Source of the DNA: Novakomyces olei
Taxonomy: Eukaryota
Assembly (NCBI GenBank): GCA_016906335.1
Contig: JADEYG010000001.1
Coordinates: 868,001 to 932,000, forward strand
Direction of reading: 5' to 3'
DNA: 64,000 nt
In this document: piece after piece, positions 49,415-62,136 of the stretch
Layout: every line of letters starts with the position of its first letter
Position numbering within the stretch: position 1 is the stretch's first letter
Notes under the pieces: generated by a model
Seen by the model: only the letters and a program-made list of their open reading frames with translations
What the model was told of the DNA's origin: nothing
The model's database searches: none
Program-made: the position numbers and the translations under genes

Positions 49415-50277
49415 ATGGGTGCTTCTGCTTCCCGTGCTGCCCGTCGCAGCTCTAAAACTTTATCGTCAACTACGGCCAAAGATGCAGCTAAACGGATCGG
49501 TCTTGACCAGGATCATGTGCGGCAGCAGCAGGCTCGGGTGGACGAGGCGCGATCTCAGCCAGACCAAATGTTTGACGGCAGTAAAGACGAAGGTACACAC
49601 AGTTGAATGGGACTGAATAAAAGCAGTATTAGATTGGAGAAAGCTGGTTTATTGAGGTTTGGTTTGGCTAACACTTCAGCATTGAAAGCTACTTATGCCC
49701 TCGGGAAACGAATGCAGCAAGTTGGGCCTGTAGATGCTACACCCTACGCTTCGCCGTTTGAGCGACGTGATAATGTATGATGATTTGGAGCAATCTTGAA
49801 GAATGATTAAAACAAGGGAGCCATCAAAATATAATAGCAACACAAAAGAATAAAAATGTTTTATAAGAAGAGTGAAAAAGAGGATGCCCAAGTGTATTCA
49901 GTATCTATTCAGTATACTCTTTATCCCGACGAAGCTTACATTCAGAACGACCCTATTGTAGAAATGCTGAGGCGACGACGCGAGATCGAGGCAGCAGCTC
50001 AAGCGGAACAAGACACGTCTTGCCGCAGGCGGCACTATATCGATGTCTATACGATTGAGACAATATTCGATTTGCGCAAGAAAGGTGTACCTGATTCCAA
50101 GATTGAAGAGGAATGCTCAGTGCATCCGGACACTTTGGCCATTTTAGACATGAGTTGCGTGACTACTCCTACGCTTGTGCAAGACACTGATGGAAGGCAG
50201 ACGGTATGGCGTAATAAGAACAATTAAAGGCTATGTATGCTTACGTTCAGGCTATTTGGGGAGGACGGCATCTGTAG
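49415..50277 (+). CDS. Hypothetical protein with an MGxxxS N-terminus, 4 predicted exons
   Basis: Frame-consistent introns at about 49593-49679, 49776-49945 and 50204-50250. Confidence 0.6.
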
Positions 50278-50500
50278 GATTTGAATCCTTCTATAATCCA
50301 AGACAAATGCTTGGCAATCGGGCTATTTTATTTAAGGCTCTTTTCTTACAAGGCAATAAACGTCATGTTGCATTAGAATTTTAAACAAAAATCAACGACA
50401 AAAAGCAGATTCAAAAGATGTAAAATAACGGATGCAGTGTATATAAAACCATTTTTGAGGAGCAAAAACAGCAAAGTCCTGTGTATTGATAAATAGCAAA

Positions 50501-51091
50501 TCAAACAAGACAATCAGGCGGCCCCGACGAGCGTGCAAAGCTCAACAGGATAAATACAACAAAACTGCCTGTCGCCACAACAACTGCTCCGATGGCAAAA
50601 GCAATGCGTGAGACGTCAAGCGCTGGAACATCTTCGTTTGATCCTGCAAAGGCGTATATCCACATGACTTCTGCAACGAACCAGGACACTACTGCGTAGG
50701 CATGGTCTACCAATGGTGCAGCGGGACGGATGATAGCAAACCACATGGCGGAAAGAACGAGACAGGAGGCGGCTAAAGTGACGATTGTGTTCTCGGACAC
50801 TTGTGCCTGCAATGCGATCATGACGTAAGATGCATTGAGCATGATCCAGGTGAGGATGCAGAACCCTGCAGCAATAAAATCAAAGAAACGATCGTTTGAG
50901 TAAGTAAGGTGCATTGCTGTGAGATCATCCGTGCACCATCTTGTCTCTGAATCGTACGGCAATTGTCCGTATATTTCTGTTTGCATGGGCGTATATTTCG
51001 GAGGATCTTGTACTGGCGAGGGGACAATGTCTGGCAAAGCAGTTCCTGACACTTGTGCGGGGGATTCAAATCGGCTGCTGGGGTTTGACAT
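50501..51091 (-). CDS. Hypothetical small multi-pass membrane protein, 196 aa
   Basis: About 4 hydrophobic segments; N-terminal PPKY. Confidence 0.65.
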   Translation of the reverse strand: MSNPSSRFESPAQVSGTALPDIVPSPVQDPPKYTPMQTEIYGQLPYDSETRWCTDDLTAMHLTYSNDRFFDFIAAGFCILTWIMLNASYVMIALQAQVSENTIVTLAASCLVLSAMWFAIIRPAAPLVDHAYAVVSWFVAEVMWIYAFAGSNEDVPALDVSRIAFAIGAVVVATGSFVVFILLSFARSSGPPDCLV

Positions 51092-51818
51092 TCTGCGTTT
51101 GTTGGCTAAGAGTCTGCTTGTGGTTCAGACGTTTGCAGAGACTTTGTAAAGTCGCTGGCAAGTGTTGGCAAGTGTTGGCAAGTTGGCTTTATGAACTTGA
51201 TGGTTGCAGTGACCTTTTTATACTTTATATATTGTAACGAGCAGCTTTTCCAGCTTGCATTGAGCAGATTTACAATTCACTATACTGCAAATTTGATTCA
51301 TTTATCTGCCAAATAACTGCGGCCTTTTCCCCATTTGAGGCTATTGAACGCGTTTTCGCGATTTTTAATTAAACCTGAACCTGTTTTCGTGACAGAAAAC
51401 CCTGCCCTTTATGCTGTCTACCCAATATGGTAATGCCTTGAAACCTCATGACTTGAATATTTTTTAAGTAACTGGATACCGCTTGTCCTCTGTTACTTGT
51501 TGGGATTGACCCCGGCGTATTAAAAATAGTTGGCTCAGATAATTATTTCATCGCTATTTAATTATCGAGTTGTGTATTTTAGGTTTAGGGTTAAGTGCTG
51601 TCTACTCATTTTAAACGAATATACGGCGATTTAGAGTGTGATCTTTCCTTCCTAATTATTGTGTTCATTATTCTGTTTATTTGATTTATCTAATTTATTA
51701 TTTTATTTCTATATAGCGTGTAAGCAATACCAGTAAGCGTACATTGCCATAGCAATTGAATGGCCCATGGGCAAATAGCATTCATCTCCACTATTCAACA
51801 ATATCTGCAGTCGCAGAT

Positions 51819-53501
51819 ATGGCAAATCTGCTGCATCACCGCAACTCGTTTTCAGCGGCACAGTCACGTTATGCCGCTGTAAATGCAGCGGGTACGTCAG
51901 CTTCAGAACTCGGTCGATCGCCAAGTGGAGCCTCTGCAGCTGCTCTACATAAAACAGGCCATGTTTACAAGGCCCATTGGCCGATATACGCGATGGACTG
52001 GAGTCGTTGGACACCAATAAACAGCCAAGTATATGGCCAAATTGCTATTGGCAGTTATATCGATGATACTCATAACAAGGTAAGGCCCTGTTTGCAAGTC
52101 ACTAATATCACAAAGCTACAAGTGCTCACGCCCTATGGGAACTTGGACGAACCTAATCAAGTACGGTTACAACGTGTGGCTGAATCAGAGGGGAATGTTA
52201 CGTACCCTGTAACTAAATGTCTGTGGGAGCCTACAGAAAAGCCTCTGCATAATCTGCTTGCCACCAGCGGTGACCATCTGCGGCTGTGGTCTCTTACTGG
52301 TTTGGACGAGGGGTCTGCAAAACTTGCCCAGTGCGCTATTATGGCAAATGTATGTAACTATTCTTCCCCCCTTTTTTTTTCTTTTTTTTTTTTTGAAAAT
52401 TGTTGTTATTGTTATTTATCATCTTCTAATATCCACCTTCAGTCCAAGCAAGAGTTTGCGGCTCCATTGACCTCTTTTGATTGGTGTCAGACGGACCCTT
52501 CGCTTATAGTTACCGCTAGTATTGATACTACATGTACCGCTTGGGACGTTGAGACTCGGCAAGCCAAGACGCAATTGATCGCTCATGACCAGGAAGTTTT
52601 TGATGTTGCCTTTGTAGCACAAAACTGCAATATATTCGCCAGCGTGGGGGCTGATGGCAGCGTGCGAATGTTTGATTTAAGGTAAAGCGCACTCGTGGCT
52701 TTGCTATTCTTAGACTTTTGTATTATTTTTGTACATCTTTGTTTATATAGGTTTACTTTCTATCTATTGTACTTCTATCCCTTACTCTTTCAAGTGTCCA
52801 TTCTGACCATTAGATCTCTTGATCACTCTACGATTGTTTATGAGTCACCGAATACAGCACCTTTGAGCGGTCGGCCACAGAGGCCTGCTCCATTACTACG
52901 TCTTTCTCCCTGTGGACGGGACCCTAACCTGTTGGCTACTTTTGCCGTTGATTCTTCTGTTGTACATATTTTGGATGTTCGGTCGCCTGGGCAATCTTTA
53001 CTGGATCTTTGTGCTCATCAGGGGAGTTTAAGCAGTCTGCAATGGTCACCAAATAAGGGCAATTTACTCGCTACTGGAGCGGATGACTGTCAGGTGCTTA
53101 TTTGGGATCTGTCCTCGCCTAACGTTACTGAGCCAGCACACAATGACCATGCTGGTGCTAATACAAAGGTTCTGCGTGAACCGTATCTTACATGGACGGC
53201 GGATTATGAAGTGAATAATATTTCGTGGAGCTATGGGTCTGAGTTTATTGGCGTAGCCCATGGAAAGTATGATACTCGTTTGTTTTTTGGTTTTTTTGTT
53301 TGTTTATGTCTAAATTTTGCTTATTATTGTTATCATCATAATTTGTCCAAAAATTCACCATTTCTTCAAAGATTTCGTTTTGCTTTGAATTTTCATACAT
53401 TGCTTTTTTGGTACATATATAAGTATCATTTTCCTGCATGTGCCAAGTCACGACCGAGGCTAACTGCGTTTAGGATGCTACAAGGCCTAAAGGTTTTATA
53501 A
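51819..53501 (+). CDS. WD40 protein of the DCAF7/AN11/YPL247C family, 5 exons
   Basis: WPIYAMDW, LLATSGDHLRLW, APLTSFDW, KTQLIAHDQEVFDV, FASVGADGSVRMFDLR|SLDHSTIVYE, terminal LQGLKVL. Confidence 0.92.
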
Positions 53502-53680
53502 GAGTGTTATTGTACAGTTTCAATTCCAAGAATGCTCGACGATTTAAGGCGCAAGATTTAGGATTAATATAGTATGCAAAAAGGTTTGCAAAGGTTTACA
53601 AGTTTGGCAGCTGCATTACTCAACGCATTTCATTATAACTATATACAAAAAAGAATAACTTTTTCTCACATTGCCTTCAG

Positions 53681-56617
53681 CTAAGAGAAAAACACATGTT
53701 TTTCGTTACTTGAAGGCGAAGACGATAGCGATTCAGTACGGCTTGAAGACGCAGTTTGCTGGTGAGATGATTCTGATGCCGATGAAGGCTGTTTTGTTTG
53801 CACATTAGCGCCAAAAGGACCTCGACAGGAAACGTCGCCCGTAGAGCGTCGTTCTGGTGCGTTACGGTTACGATACATTTGTGTTGGTGATGACACTGTG
53901 GTATAACTGCGGGTCAAAAGCGGAAGAGGTGGTCCATCCCCGTGGCCATGGTGGGGCAGAGATCGTGGATAAAAAGGGCCATGCTGTTCATCCAGAGGCG
54001 ATCGGCTTCCGGGAGGAGTATTTGGAAGCAAAGCTGAACCGACAAAATTGACCTGAGTGACTGGCGAAATACAAGCGGAAAGCGAAAGTCGACGATGAGG
54101 TTGTGTAGACGGTGATGGCTCTGTTGCAGCTGGAGGAAAGTTTGATGCGCGACGAAGCCCAGCTGTTTGAGACGTATTTTTGATAGAAGCATCATTGTTT
54201 TTATTAATATTACTGTTGTTATTCATATTGTTATTGTCTCCAATATTCTGTTCGACAATTTCATCAACAATGCTGTCGGAAACACTTTCATCGTCTCTGC
54301 TTTCGGTACTACTGCTAATGCTTTCGCTTGTTGAGCTGATACTACTGCTCTGTGCAGTAGTATCGCTAGCAGCTCGGGCTCTGGCGCTCACGGCCAGGCT
54401 CAAATCATTATGGTCGAGTTCTGCCGAGGGCTGCCTTCGCACTGCTGGCCTTGCCTTTTCCAGATCGAAAATTGGTGCATCATAAACGGTCGTATGCTTT
54501 ATATGGTGGCCAGTCGCAGCACCTGCTGAAACTGGTGTCGAAACGGCTAAAAGCCCGAAGGTATTCAAATCTTCAGGCGCTTGTAAATCCATGTTCTGTG
54601 AGGTCTGTGATCGAGTAGCACGATGCCGGGCTGGGCCAGAGATGAGGCTGTGACTGCGGTGAGTTCGATGGACGAGATGAGTACTCTCGTGCATGAAAGC
54701 GCTCTTCTGTGCATTATTCGCAATTAGTGCAGATCGCAAAGCGTGGATGGCTTCATCCAAAGCCAATTCGATCGAGCAATGGTTGCGTATTATACACATT
54801 TCTAAATGAATAAAAAAAAAAGAAATTAGTCCCAGTTTTCACTATAGTTGTGCACTTACTTGGCCAAACAGCTCTTTGCCCGCGAATACAAGCGTCCAGC
54901 ATGAATTGAGGAGTCGGGTTTGAAAGGAGGCGAGTAAGCAGTCGGAAATCAAGTGAAGGCAGGATTGTAATATCGCCGGTATCTGAGAAAGGTGAGTGTG
55001 AGTCAATATAACAAATAACATTACATGTTTGATTAAGCACGATACGGAGCTTTGTCATGAGCGTACGCATTATACCCATTTCTGCAAGCATTGCCATGCA
55101 GTGAGATACTTCGGATAGAGCCAGTCGAGCAACTTTTTCCCTCAGTAGCCCAGCAACCGTCCAAGCTTGCTGTTGTGTTTGGACGACTGCTGGTGAGAGA
55201 ATATGGTCTCCCTCCAGGAACGGAACAACGTGGGGATTGACCTGTGAAACGATGAAATGGTTCACGTTGAAAAGTTCTCGCAGACGTGTAATAGGGAGGT
55301 CGTTATCGACAGAGCCATCAATGTACTTGGACGGTGAAGGGTTCCATGGCACATGCTCGTGCGTCAATGGATCCTTCGCCATAATCTGTTTAGTCTCAAA
55401 TAGTATGGGAACGGAACAGGAGGCAGCAACTGCGCTCCATATAAGTACATTAGGCGCAGTTACATAATTCAGTAGCTGAGGCATCTCGTACAGCCCGCTG
55501 CTGGATATTGTAATGTTCAAGATTCGCCTTGTTCGATTGTAGGCCTCAGCAAACGTAATATCGCCCAACGTTTCAATCATAACGTTGGACAAGAAATGAA
55601 TATCGAAAAATACTCCATGTTTAAGGAACCGTCCAACCCTATCAAAAGCTGATTCAGGCCGATGTGAATCTTCAAACACGTCCAGATCATAGTAGGGAAA
55701 AGTCTTTATAAGTTGTGGAATCTCGTCGTCTGTGCGAACACAGCAAGCGGCCGCAATAATAGCGCCCGCACTGCTGCCGCTTATAATACGAGGCAGTAAA
55801 TTGCCCTCCCATAACGTCTTGAGCACACCAATGTGAGTCATACCAAAAGTACCGCCACCCGAGAGCAAAAGGGCCGTCCGGCCAAAGGCCTGGCGAGTTT
55901 TTATCAAGGTATCAAGTTTTACAGGCAATGGAACCCGGTTATGTACTACATCATGCAGCAAGTACTGCAGACTCACTTCAACTTCTTCCAGGTAGTCTTC
56001 AATGATATGCTTTGTGCCAATATTGCTGTACCTGTACAGCTTCGGGTTTCCCAGACCACCGAGATTCCGGGAAAGTGTAACTCTTACCAGATACAAGACT
56101 TGCTGGATATCGTCCGCCCTTCTTGCTTGCTGTAATTGATGTGTCCGTGCTTGCACTAGCTCGTAATCGTAGTCTGGCGACTGTGGTTCTTTTTTCCACT
56201 CGTTGCAACCTGAATGTTAGACGTGATCTCGATAATTTAATTATCTATTTCTTCAGAGGGTCCATTGCTGTGTTTGATTTTTTCCTTCCTTTCCCCGCAA
56301 ATTTCCTGCAATATTTTCGATTCAATATCATTCGCTCTTCTTTCTATTAAATTTTATTTTTTTCTTCCTTGTGTATCTTTTTATTGCTTTTCTCTCTCCC
56401 TTCTTGTCTCTTTTTCTTTTCCCCTGCCTCCTCGATACATACCATCAATCTCGTCTAGACGGCTAGCGGCTGCTTCCCACTCGTCCAAGGTCACTGCATG
56501 CTCAAGGTCAGACTTGGCAGCCATACGCTGTTGCTGATGCCGATACCGATCGCGACTCCATAGCGACTGAAGACGCGACCAGGCGTGCATAACAACACCG
56601 ACTGACGACGGAATCAT
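53681..56617 (-). CDS. TGL4: Patatin-domain triacylglycerol lipase, Tgl4/Tgl5 type, multi-exon
   Basis: FGRTALLLSGGG, GSSAG, DGSVDNDLP, FNVNHFIVSQVNPH; long Ser-rich tail. Exact start uncertain. Confidence 0.88.
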
Positions 56618-57520
56618 AATTCAGATTTTCTTCTAAAGAAACGCTTTTGCAAGCTCTTTGCCTCACGGAAAAGAGTGTCAAACATTCACAGTATCTCCAA
56701 CAAAGAGTGAACAGCACAGTATGCGAGAGCAATAAATTTCAATAATTTATTGAACGGCCTTTCTCAGCACCGCTTTACAAGCGTTCATGATGGGGGTCCG
56801 ATGCTGGCGACACAGAAAGCGGTAATTCGCACATGGTGAGATTATCATATACTTTGAATTATTATTTAATTATTATCTAATTCTTATTTAACTAATTAAT
56901 CGCACTTCGGTACGAGAAACCTGGTGTACAGATGTAACAGGTTTTAAGCGTTATTGATACCCAATAGATGCGTATAATACTCTAATTTGTTCATTTATAC
57001 TCTGTACGCAATTGTAAACTATAGACTCGCCATATTACGCACAAGTAAGCTCCAAGCCAGCGGCTTTCTCAAGTAACCTGTCTTTGCTCTCATGGCCAAG
57101 TAATATTCGATGGACGATTAATTTTTATTTTTTTCTTATTGATCAAATATTTGACTGAATATTTGACTGGATTACTGTTTTCTCGACTAGAATCACAAAA
57201 GGATACAGCGCTAAACAACACGAGCACAGAGTCATTTCGTGTCGCGAGAGGCGATCGATTAGACTGCGGTCGGCGCACAAATCGCCTTTTCGTCCTACTA
57301 TACTGCCTTTTGCCTTTTTCTTTGCCTTTGAGGCACAGAGGCCAAACGAAGGTGGCAACCAAGGTAGTGGAGAAGAAAAAATAATACACAAATAAAAGTC
57401 AAATGAGTACGAGAATATCTAACAGCAAAGGGCGATTATAGAAACATCTGCCGGCCGATTGACAAGTAAAGACCGACCTGGCCGACGCTCGTACCAAGGA
57501 GCCACGGAAATCCGGTCACG

Positions 57521-59185
57521 ATGGCGAGCAGCTCGCCGTCACGTTCGGCTTCTGGCACGCAAGAGCCATTAGCGGAAGTTGACAGCGCCGAGGCAAGGCA
57601 CGTCCTGGAAGAAGAAGAGCTCGGCTCTCCGCACGCTGTGGTCAAATCGGAGACAAACGTATCGGATCTGCCTCGGGAAAATGTTGAACTATCCGAGTCG
57701 CACAGGCAGGAACTGGAAATGGCCGAGTATAATCTGGTGCAGGCGCTTAATATGGCTCAGTCGACGGAAAGTAGTGCAGAGTCTCACGGACAGGATGGTG
57801 CGAGGCATGCGGGCAGTGAAGAAACTTCAGAGCTGCAAAATGTTTTGTTAAATTTATCGATCCCCGGTTTGGATTTGTCCAATATAAACCTGAACCAAAT
57901 ACTGACAATGGCTAGTTCTGGAGACGGTGAGGCTAGTGGGAATGCTTCGTGTGATTTCAATGACCCTGGTGCAGCTGCTCTATACATTGCACAGCAAATG
58001 GTAGCTATTGGCCAGCAAAACAATAACAGTCTCAGCCATCATCATCTCCACCACCATCTCGATGACGATGGCCGCAAACGGCCCAGACGCGTAACGGAAA
58101 AAACGAGGCTCGATAATCGAGCGCGTAAGCGGAGATGGCGAGAAATAAATGAGGAACGCAACAAGGACACTGACCTGCGCTGCCGCGTAAACAAAAGAGC
58201 TTCAAAGTTATACGGTCCCGGGGACACTCCGGCAAAATTGGAGTGGATAGAACAAGAGTTCCATGTTCGGCGGCGGCGTAGAAAGGAAAAAGAGCGCAAA
58301 ACCAATGGCGACTATTTATCTGGTAGCAGTTCAGCGCGCCCGTGGTTACATGGCCAAAGGAAGGATCCAGAGGAGGACGAGGGCCGGGCAATGAATGAAA
58401 TGATATCCAACGCTGATTCATTAAACAGTGCATTAACATCTCTGGCAATGAATCCGTCTTTGCTGAATGGATTTCTGCAAAAATTACAAACAGAGGGCGA
58501 TGGTAACGAAGCAGCTGGTGCAGCCGCTCCGGAAATGGCCAACGATAACTTTTCCATCGGCCTTAATGATCCGGCTCATAGTGGGGAAAGTGCGGCGGAA
58601 AACAAGGATGCGCAAAACAACAAAAGCGATCAATCCCAGGCTCATTTTGAAGGTAAAACTGTCAATGAAGATGGGGTTTCTGTAGAGGAAGCAGCGGCTT
58701 CTGCCTCCACACAAATCTTGAATGACCCAACGACAATGAGCTTGCTTTCGGCTCTTGGCTCGGGAATTCATGCTGAAGAAGGAGTTCAGACGGATGATGT
58801 GGCGGCTCATACTGAACCGGCAGGTCCTGTGCAATTAGGCGCTGGCGGAGAAGACGGGAATCTGAGTCATGCAATGCAGTCCTTTTTAAATCAGTTACAG
58901 AGAGGAGGTAACTTGCTTGAAACTGGTGCGAGTGAAGGTAGATCACACCAGCAAAGCGGCTCTGCAATTGTAAAGCGGCCCTTGGGCTCAGACGGTTCGA
59001 TGCCCAGGTCAAGTCGGACTCCGCTGCGTCCTCCGACGTCAAGGCCCGTTGAACCGCCTTCACGGCCTCGGCCGGGTTACGGTATTTCAACAGCAACTGC
59101 TGGAGACAATTTCAGTAGGCGAAACGTTTTGTCGCGGTCGCTTGGGTTTCCTCCCCTGCCCACACCTGTCACTAACCCGCGGTAG
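57521..59185 (+). CDS. DUF3020-domain protein, 554 aa
   Basis: NRARKRRWREINEERNKDTDLRCRVNKRASKLYG; terminal LGFPP. Confidence 0.8.
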   Translation: MASSSPSRSASGTQEPLAEVDSAEARHVLEEEELGSPHAVVKSETNVSDLPRENVELSESHRQELEMAEYNLVQALNMAQSTESSAESHGQDGARHAGSEETSELQNVLLNLSIPGLDLSNINLNQILTMASSGDGEASGNASCDFNDPGAAALYIAQQMVAIGQQNNNSLSHHHLHHHLDDDGRKRPRRVTEKTRLDNRARKRRWREINEERNKDTDLRCRVNKRASKLYGPGDTPAKLEWIEQEFHVRRRRRKEKERKTNGDYLSGSSSARPWLHGQRKDPEEDEGRAMNEMISNADSLNSALTSLAMNPSLLNGFLQKLQTEGDGNEAAGAAAPEMANDNFSIGLNDPAHSGESAAENKDAQNNKSDQSQAHFEGKTVNEDGVSVEEAAASASTQILNDPTTMSLLSALGSGIHAEEGVQTDDVAAHTEPAGPVQLGAGGEDGNLSHAMQSFLNQLQRGGNLLETGASEGRSHQQSGSAIVKRPLGSDGSMPRSSRTPLRPPTSRPVEPPSRPRPGYGISTATAGDNFSRRNVLSRSLGFPPLPTPVTNPR

Positions 59186-59704
59186 CTGCTTGGAATATGT
59201 CTTCTTTCTCGACAAAAGTCCGGGAACCTGGGAAGGAAAGCGCGCTTGGGGAGTATAGCGATATTGTGCTCTTGTTCTTTGGGCAGCTATCCGAGTATTT
59301 TACATGATTTTTCTATATTTCTTCGTCCTTTATTTCATTATTCTTATTAGTGTTCGCCGCTCTGGTTTATTTTTCGTTTGCCTGCCTTTTCACATTCTAC
59401 ATTGTTTGGAGTTATCTGTCAGGCTTGGGGTATTGATGTTTAGATAATTTACCGGGAAGATGAACCCGTTAAACGCGTGTATTAGATTTTAGGAGTTGTG
59501 CTGCCAGTAAGATTTCGCTGGCACTGTGTATATTTGTCGAATAAAAGTGCTTTTTATACGGAAATTGTAAATCATTAGTAGGTTTGTGAGCCTGAGTATA
59601 GCAAAGCCCGAATACAGCCATTTTGTAGTTTCTCAAATCTATGTTTGCCTAATATTACATTTTGCCTGTGCTGCACGACTTTTGCCAATTGTGCTCGCTT
59701 ATTT

Positions 59705-59848
59705 TGTGAATTATTTAATTTTGAGAATTATTTGAATTTGTGAATTATTTAATTTTGAGAATTATTTGAATTTGAGAATTATTTGAATTTGAGAATTATT
59801 TGAATTTGAGAATTATTTGAATTTGAGAATTATTGATTTTGTGAATTG
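59705..59848. repeat. 17-bp minisatellite GAATTATTTGAATTTGA, about 8 copies
   Basis: Directly visible. Confidence 0.92.
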
Positions 59849-61430
59849 TTTGGTGTTTTAATCATTTGGGCCTTTTTCGGTTTTGGATTTATACAAATTA
59901 TGGCGCACCCGCGCAAATGGCTTCGCGCAAATGGCTTCGTTTCTAATTTCAAAAAAAGCTCAGCTTCCTGAGCTGTCTAATTGGCAAATGCTTAGATCAT
60001 TTCTAGACTCGACAGCAATTCGTTCGATCTGATTAAATTATTGCGTTGTCATTTAAATTAAAGTGCTGCCGTCATGAATTGAGCAGTATAATCAGAGGCC
60101 ATTTGTAAATTTGTCAGATTCTTCTGGTCAATTAGTGTATAATTCTATCAAGACGGTCCAACTTTACGATCGTGATCGTGAAACCTTAAAGTAATACGCT
60201 GATAATCTATCGTATATAAAGACATGAGTGGTTTTTACAAGTAACGATGCAGAGAAACGATACGATTGTTACAGCCGGTGATCCAGCGCGACACAAGCGT
60301 AAAACAGAAATGTTGTGAGTAGGCAGCTTTTGATCGCAAGATAAAGACTTGTTACGGTAGAGCAATGTAGACGGCGGATGGTAATATTACTATTCTTCAT
60401 TAAATAAATTTCATGATTTTCTGGGTCATGTGTATACAGGTATAAAGATATATACAGGGTACTCACAGTCAAGCCTAACCGTGAAAGATCACCAAGCATG
60501 AACACGTTATAGACAGACTCGGCGCATATGTGTATAGTTAATTGGGATCTATCGACGGTATAAGAACGAGCGCTAACCGTATATGACAATAAAACTAGAC
60601 CGGTCGCTTCATATACGCACGCTATGACCCGAACCGAAACCTAGGCATTAAGAAACAGCAGGGTTAATGGGATAGTCTGGAGAAATGGGAATACCAAAGG
60701 AAACCATGTCAATTATGCGATTATAATGATTATAATGATTATAATGCGATTATAATGCGATTATTATACGATTATAATACGACTGCGACCGATTGCTATT
60801 GGCTGTCATTTGGCACTTGACATTTCCGAGCATTGCTTTCCGGAGAAAACCGGTTGTGGTATGAATGACACGCAAACGTGGGGTCAAATCATATTCTTTG
60901 CATTGTGTAGTGTTCCCACTTTTCATCGCACTTTCCACTTGTGCAAGTAACATTAATGTTCAAGTATAATTGCCATAGTATCCACGTTCAGCGCGAACCA
61001 AGCAATACAGGCACATTAGTGAATAAAATGAAGCTCGGCATAAATTAACTGGTTATTAATGTGGGTTGGCAAACTTTTTGCGGTAATCCCCGCTTATCAT
61101 CGGCAGCAATCGGGATGTGGGTAGTGTCGGTATAGGGTAGTGTTTGGAGGGCTTTTCGTCCACAGAAAACTGGGGTTCGTCGAGAGGGACGGTGGGCGTG
61201 TGCGGGTGCGCCAGCTCAACAATACACTCGAGCGCCGCCGTCTCTATTCCGCAAAAACTCTGACTTTTGGCAAACAGCTCGCACCGTCACGAGCCAGTTC
61301 CCGAATAGGCTAATCTTAACGCCGCACTGGCCAATCATGGCAGAGCAGTTTCTCTCCGAAAAGTTTGTTTTAGAGCACCGACCCCATACACGTATTTGGT
61401 ACGAAAATTTTCTTTTGTGTATGACTGTCG

Positions 61431-61459
61431 CACACCACACACACACACACACACACACA
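61431..61459. repeat. (CA)n microsatellite
   Basis: Directly visible. Confidence 0.9.
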
Positions 61460-62136
61460 TAAACATATACAAACACAATAATTACACTAAATTCCAATAC
61501 TCTGAGCGTAGCACTGTCATTACGTACGATTGATGCTCGAGTAATATTATATTCCCTCCACCACAATATAAACCCAATAATCGTCCTCCTAATTTTCCAA
61601 CACACCGAGCAAGGAAAAATTTGATCTCTCTCCAATCTATATATACTCCGATTCCAGCGGCCTGTCTCTCCTTTGGCCTTTAGCGCAAGCAGTATCGGCT
61701 ACAAAGTGCATTGGACTGTTGCTGTGAAGAGCTGTATTACACCCGTGCTTTTGAGCTGATCATTCGTATTTGGTACGGAAGCAAAGCCACGGCAGTTTGC
61801 TGTGTTTTTTAATTTTTTAGCTTTGGAGAGGGAAGAGAGGGAAGGAAAGAGTGGAAAGAGAGAGGGAAAGAGTGGACCAGAAGGGGAAAAGAGAAGAAAA
61901 GAGAAAAAGAGAAAAAGAGAGAGAAAAAAAGACAGAAAAGAGAGAGAAAGAGAGAGAAAAAAGAGAAAAAAAGAGAAAAAGAGTAACCCAGAATAAAACC
62001 CAATTGAGCTCTCTAGTCTCTACTGACTCGTCATTGGCCTTATTCCAATTACACTTTAACCACATTCTAACTAAACTAGGAGCGACACCCCACCCATCAC
62101 TCCGGCCAATCCCTCCCCCTTTGACGGGAAGGTACT

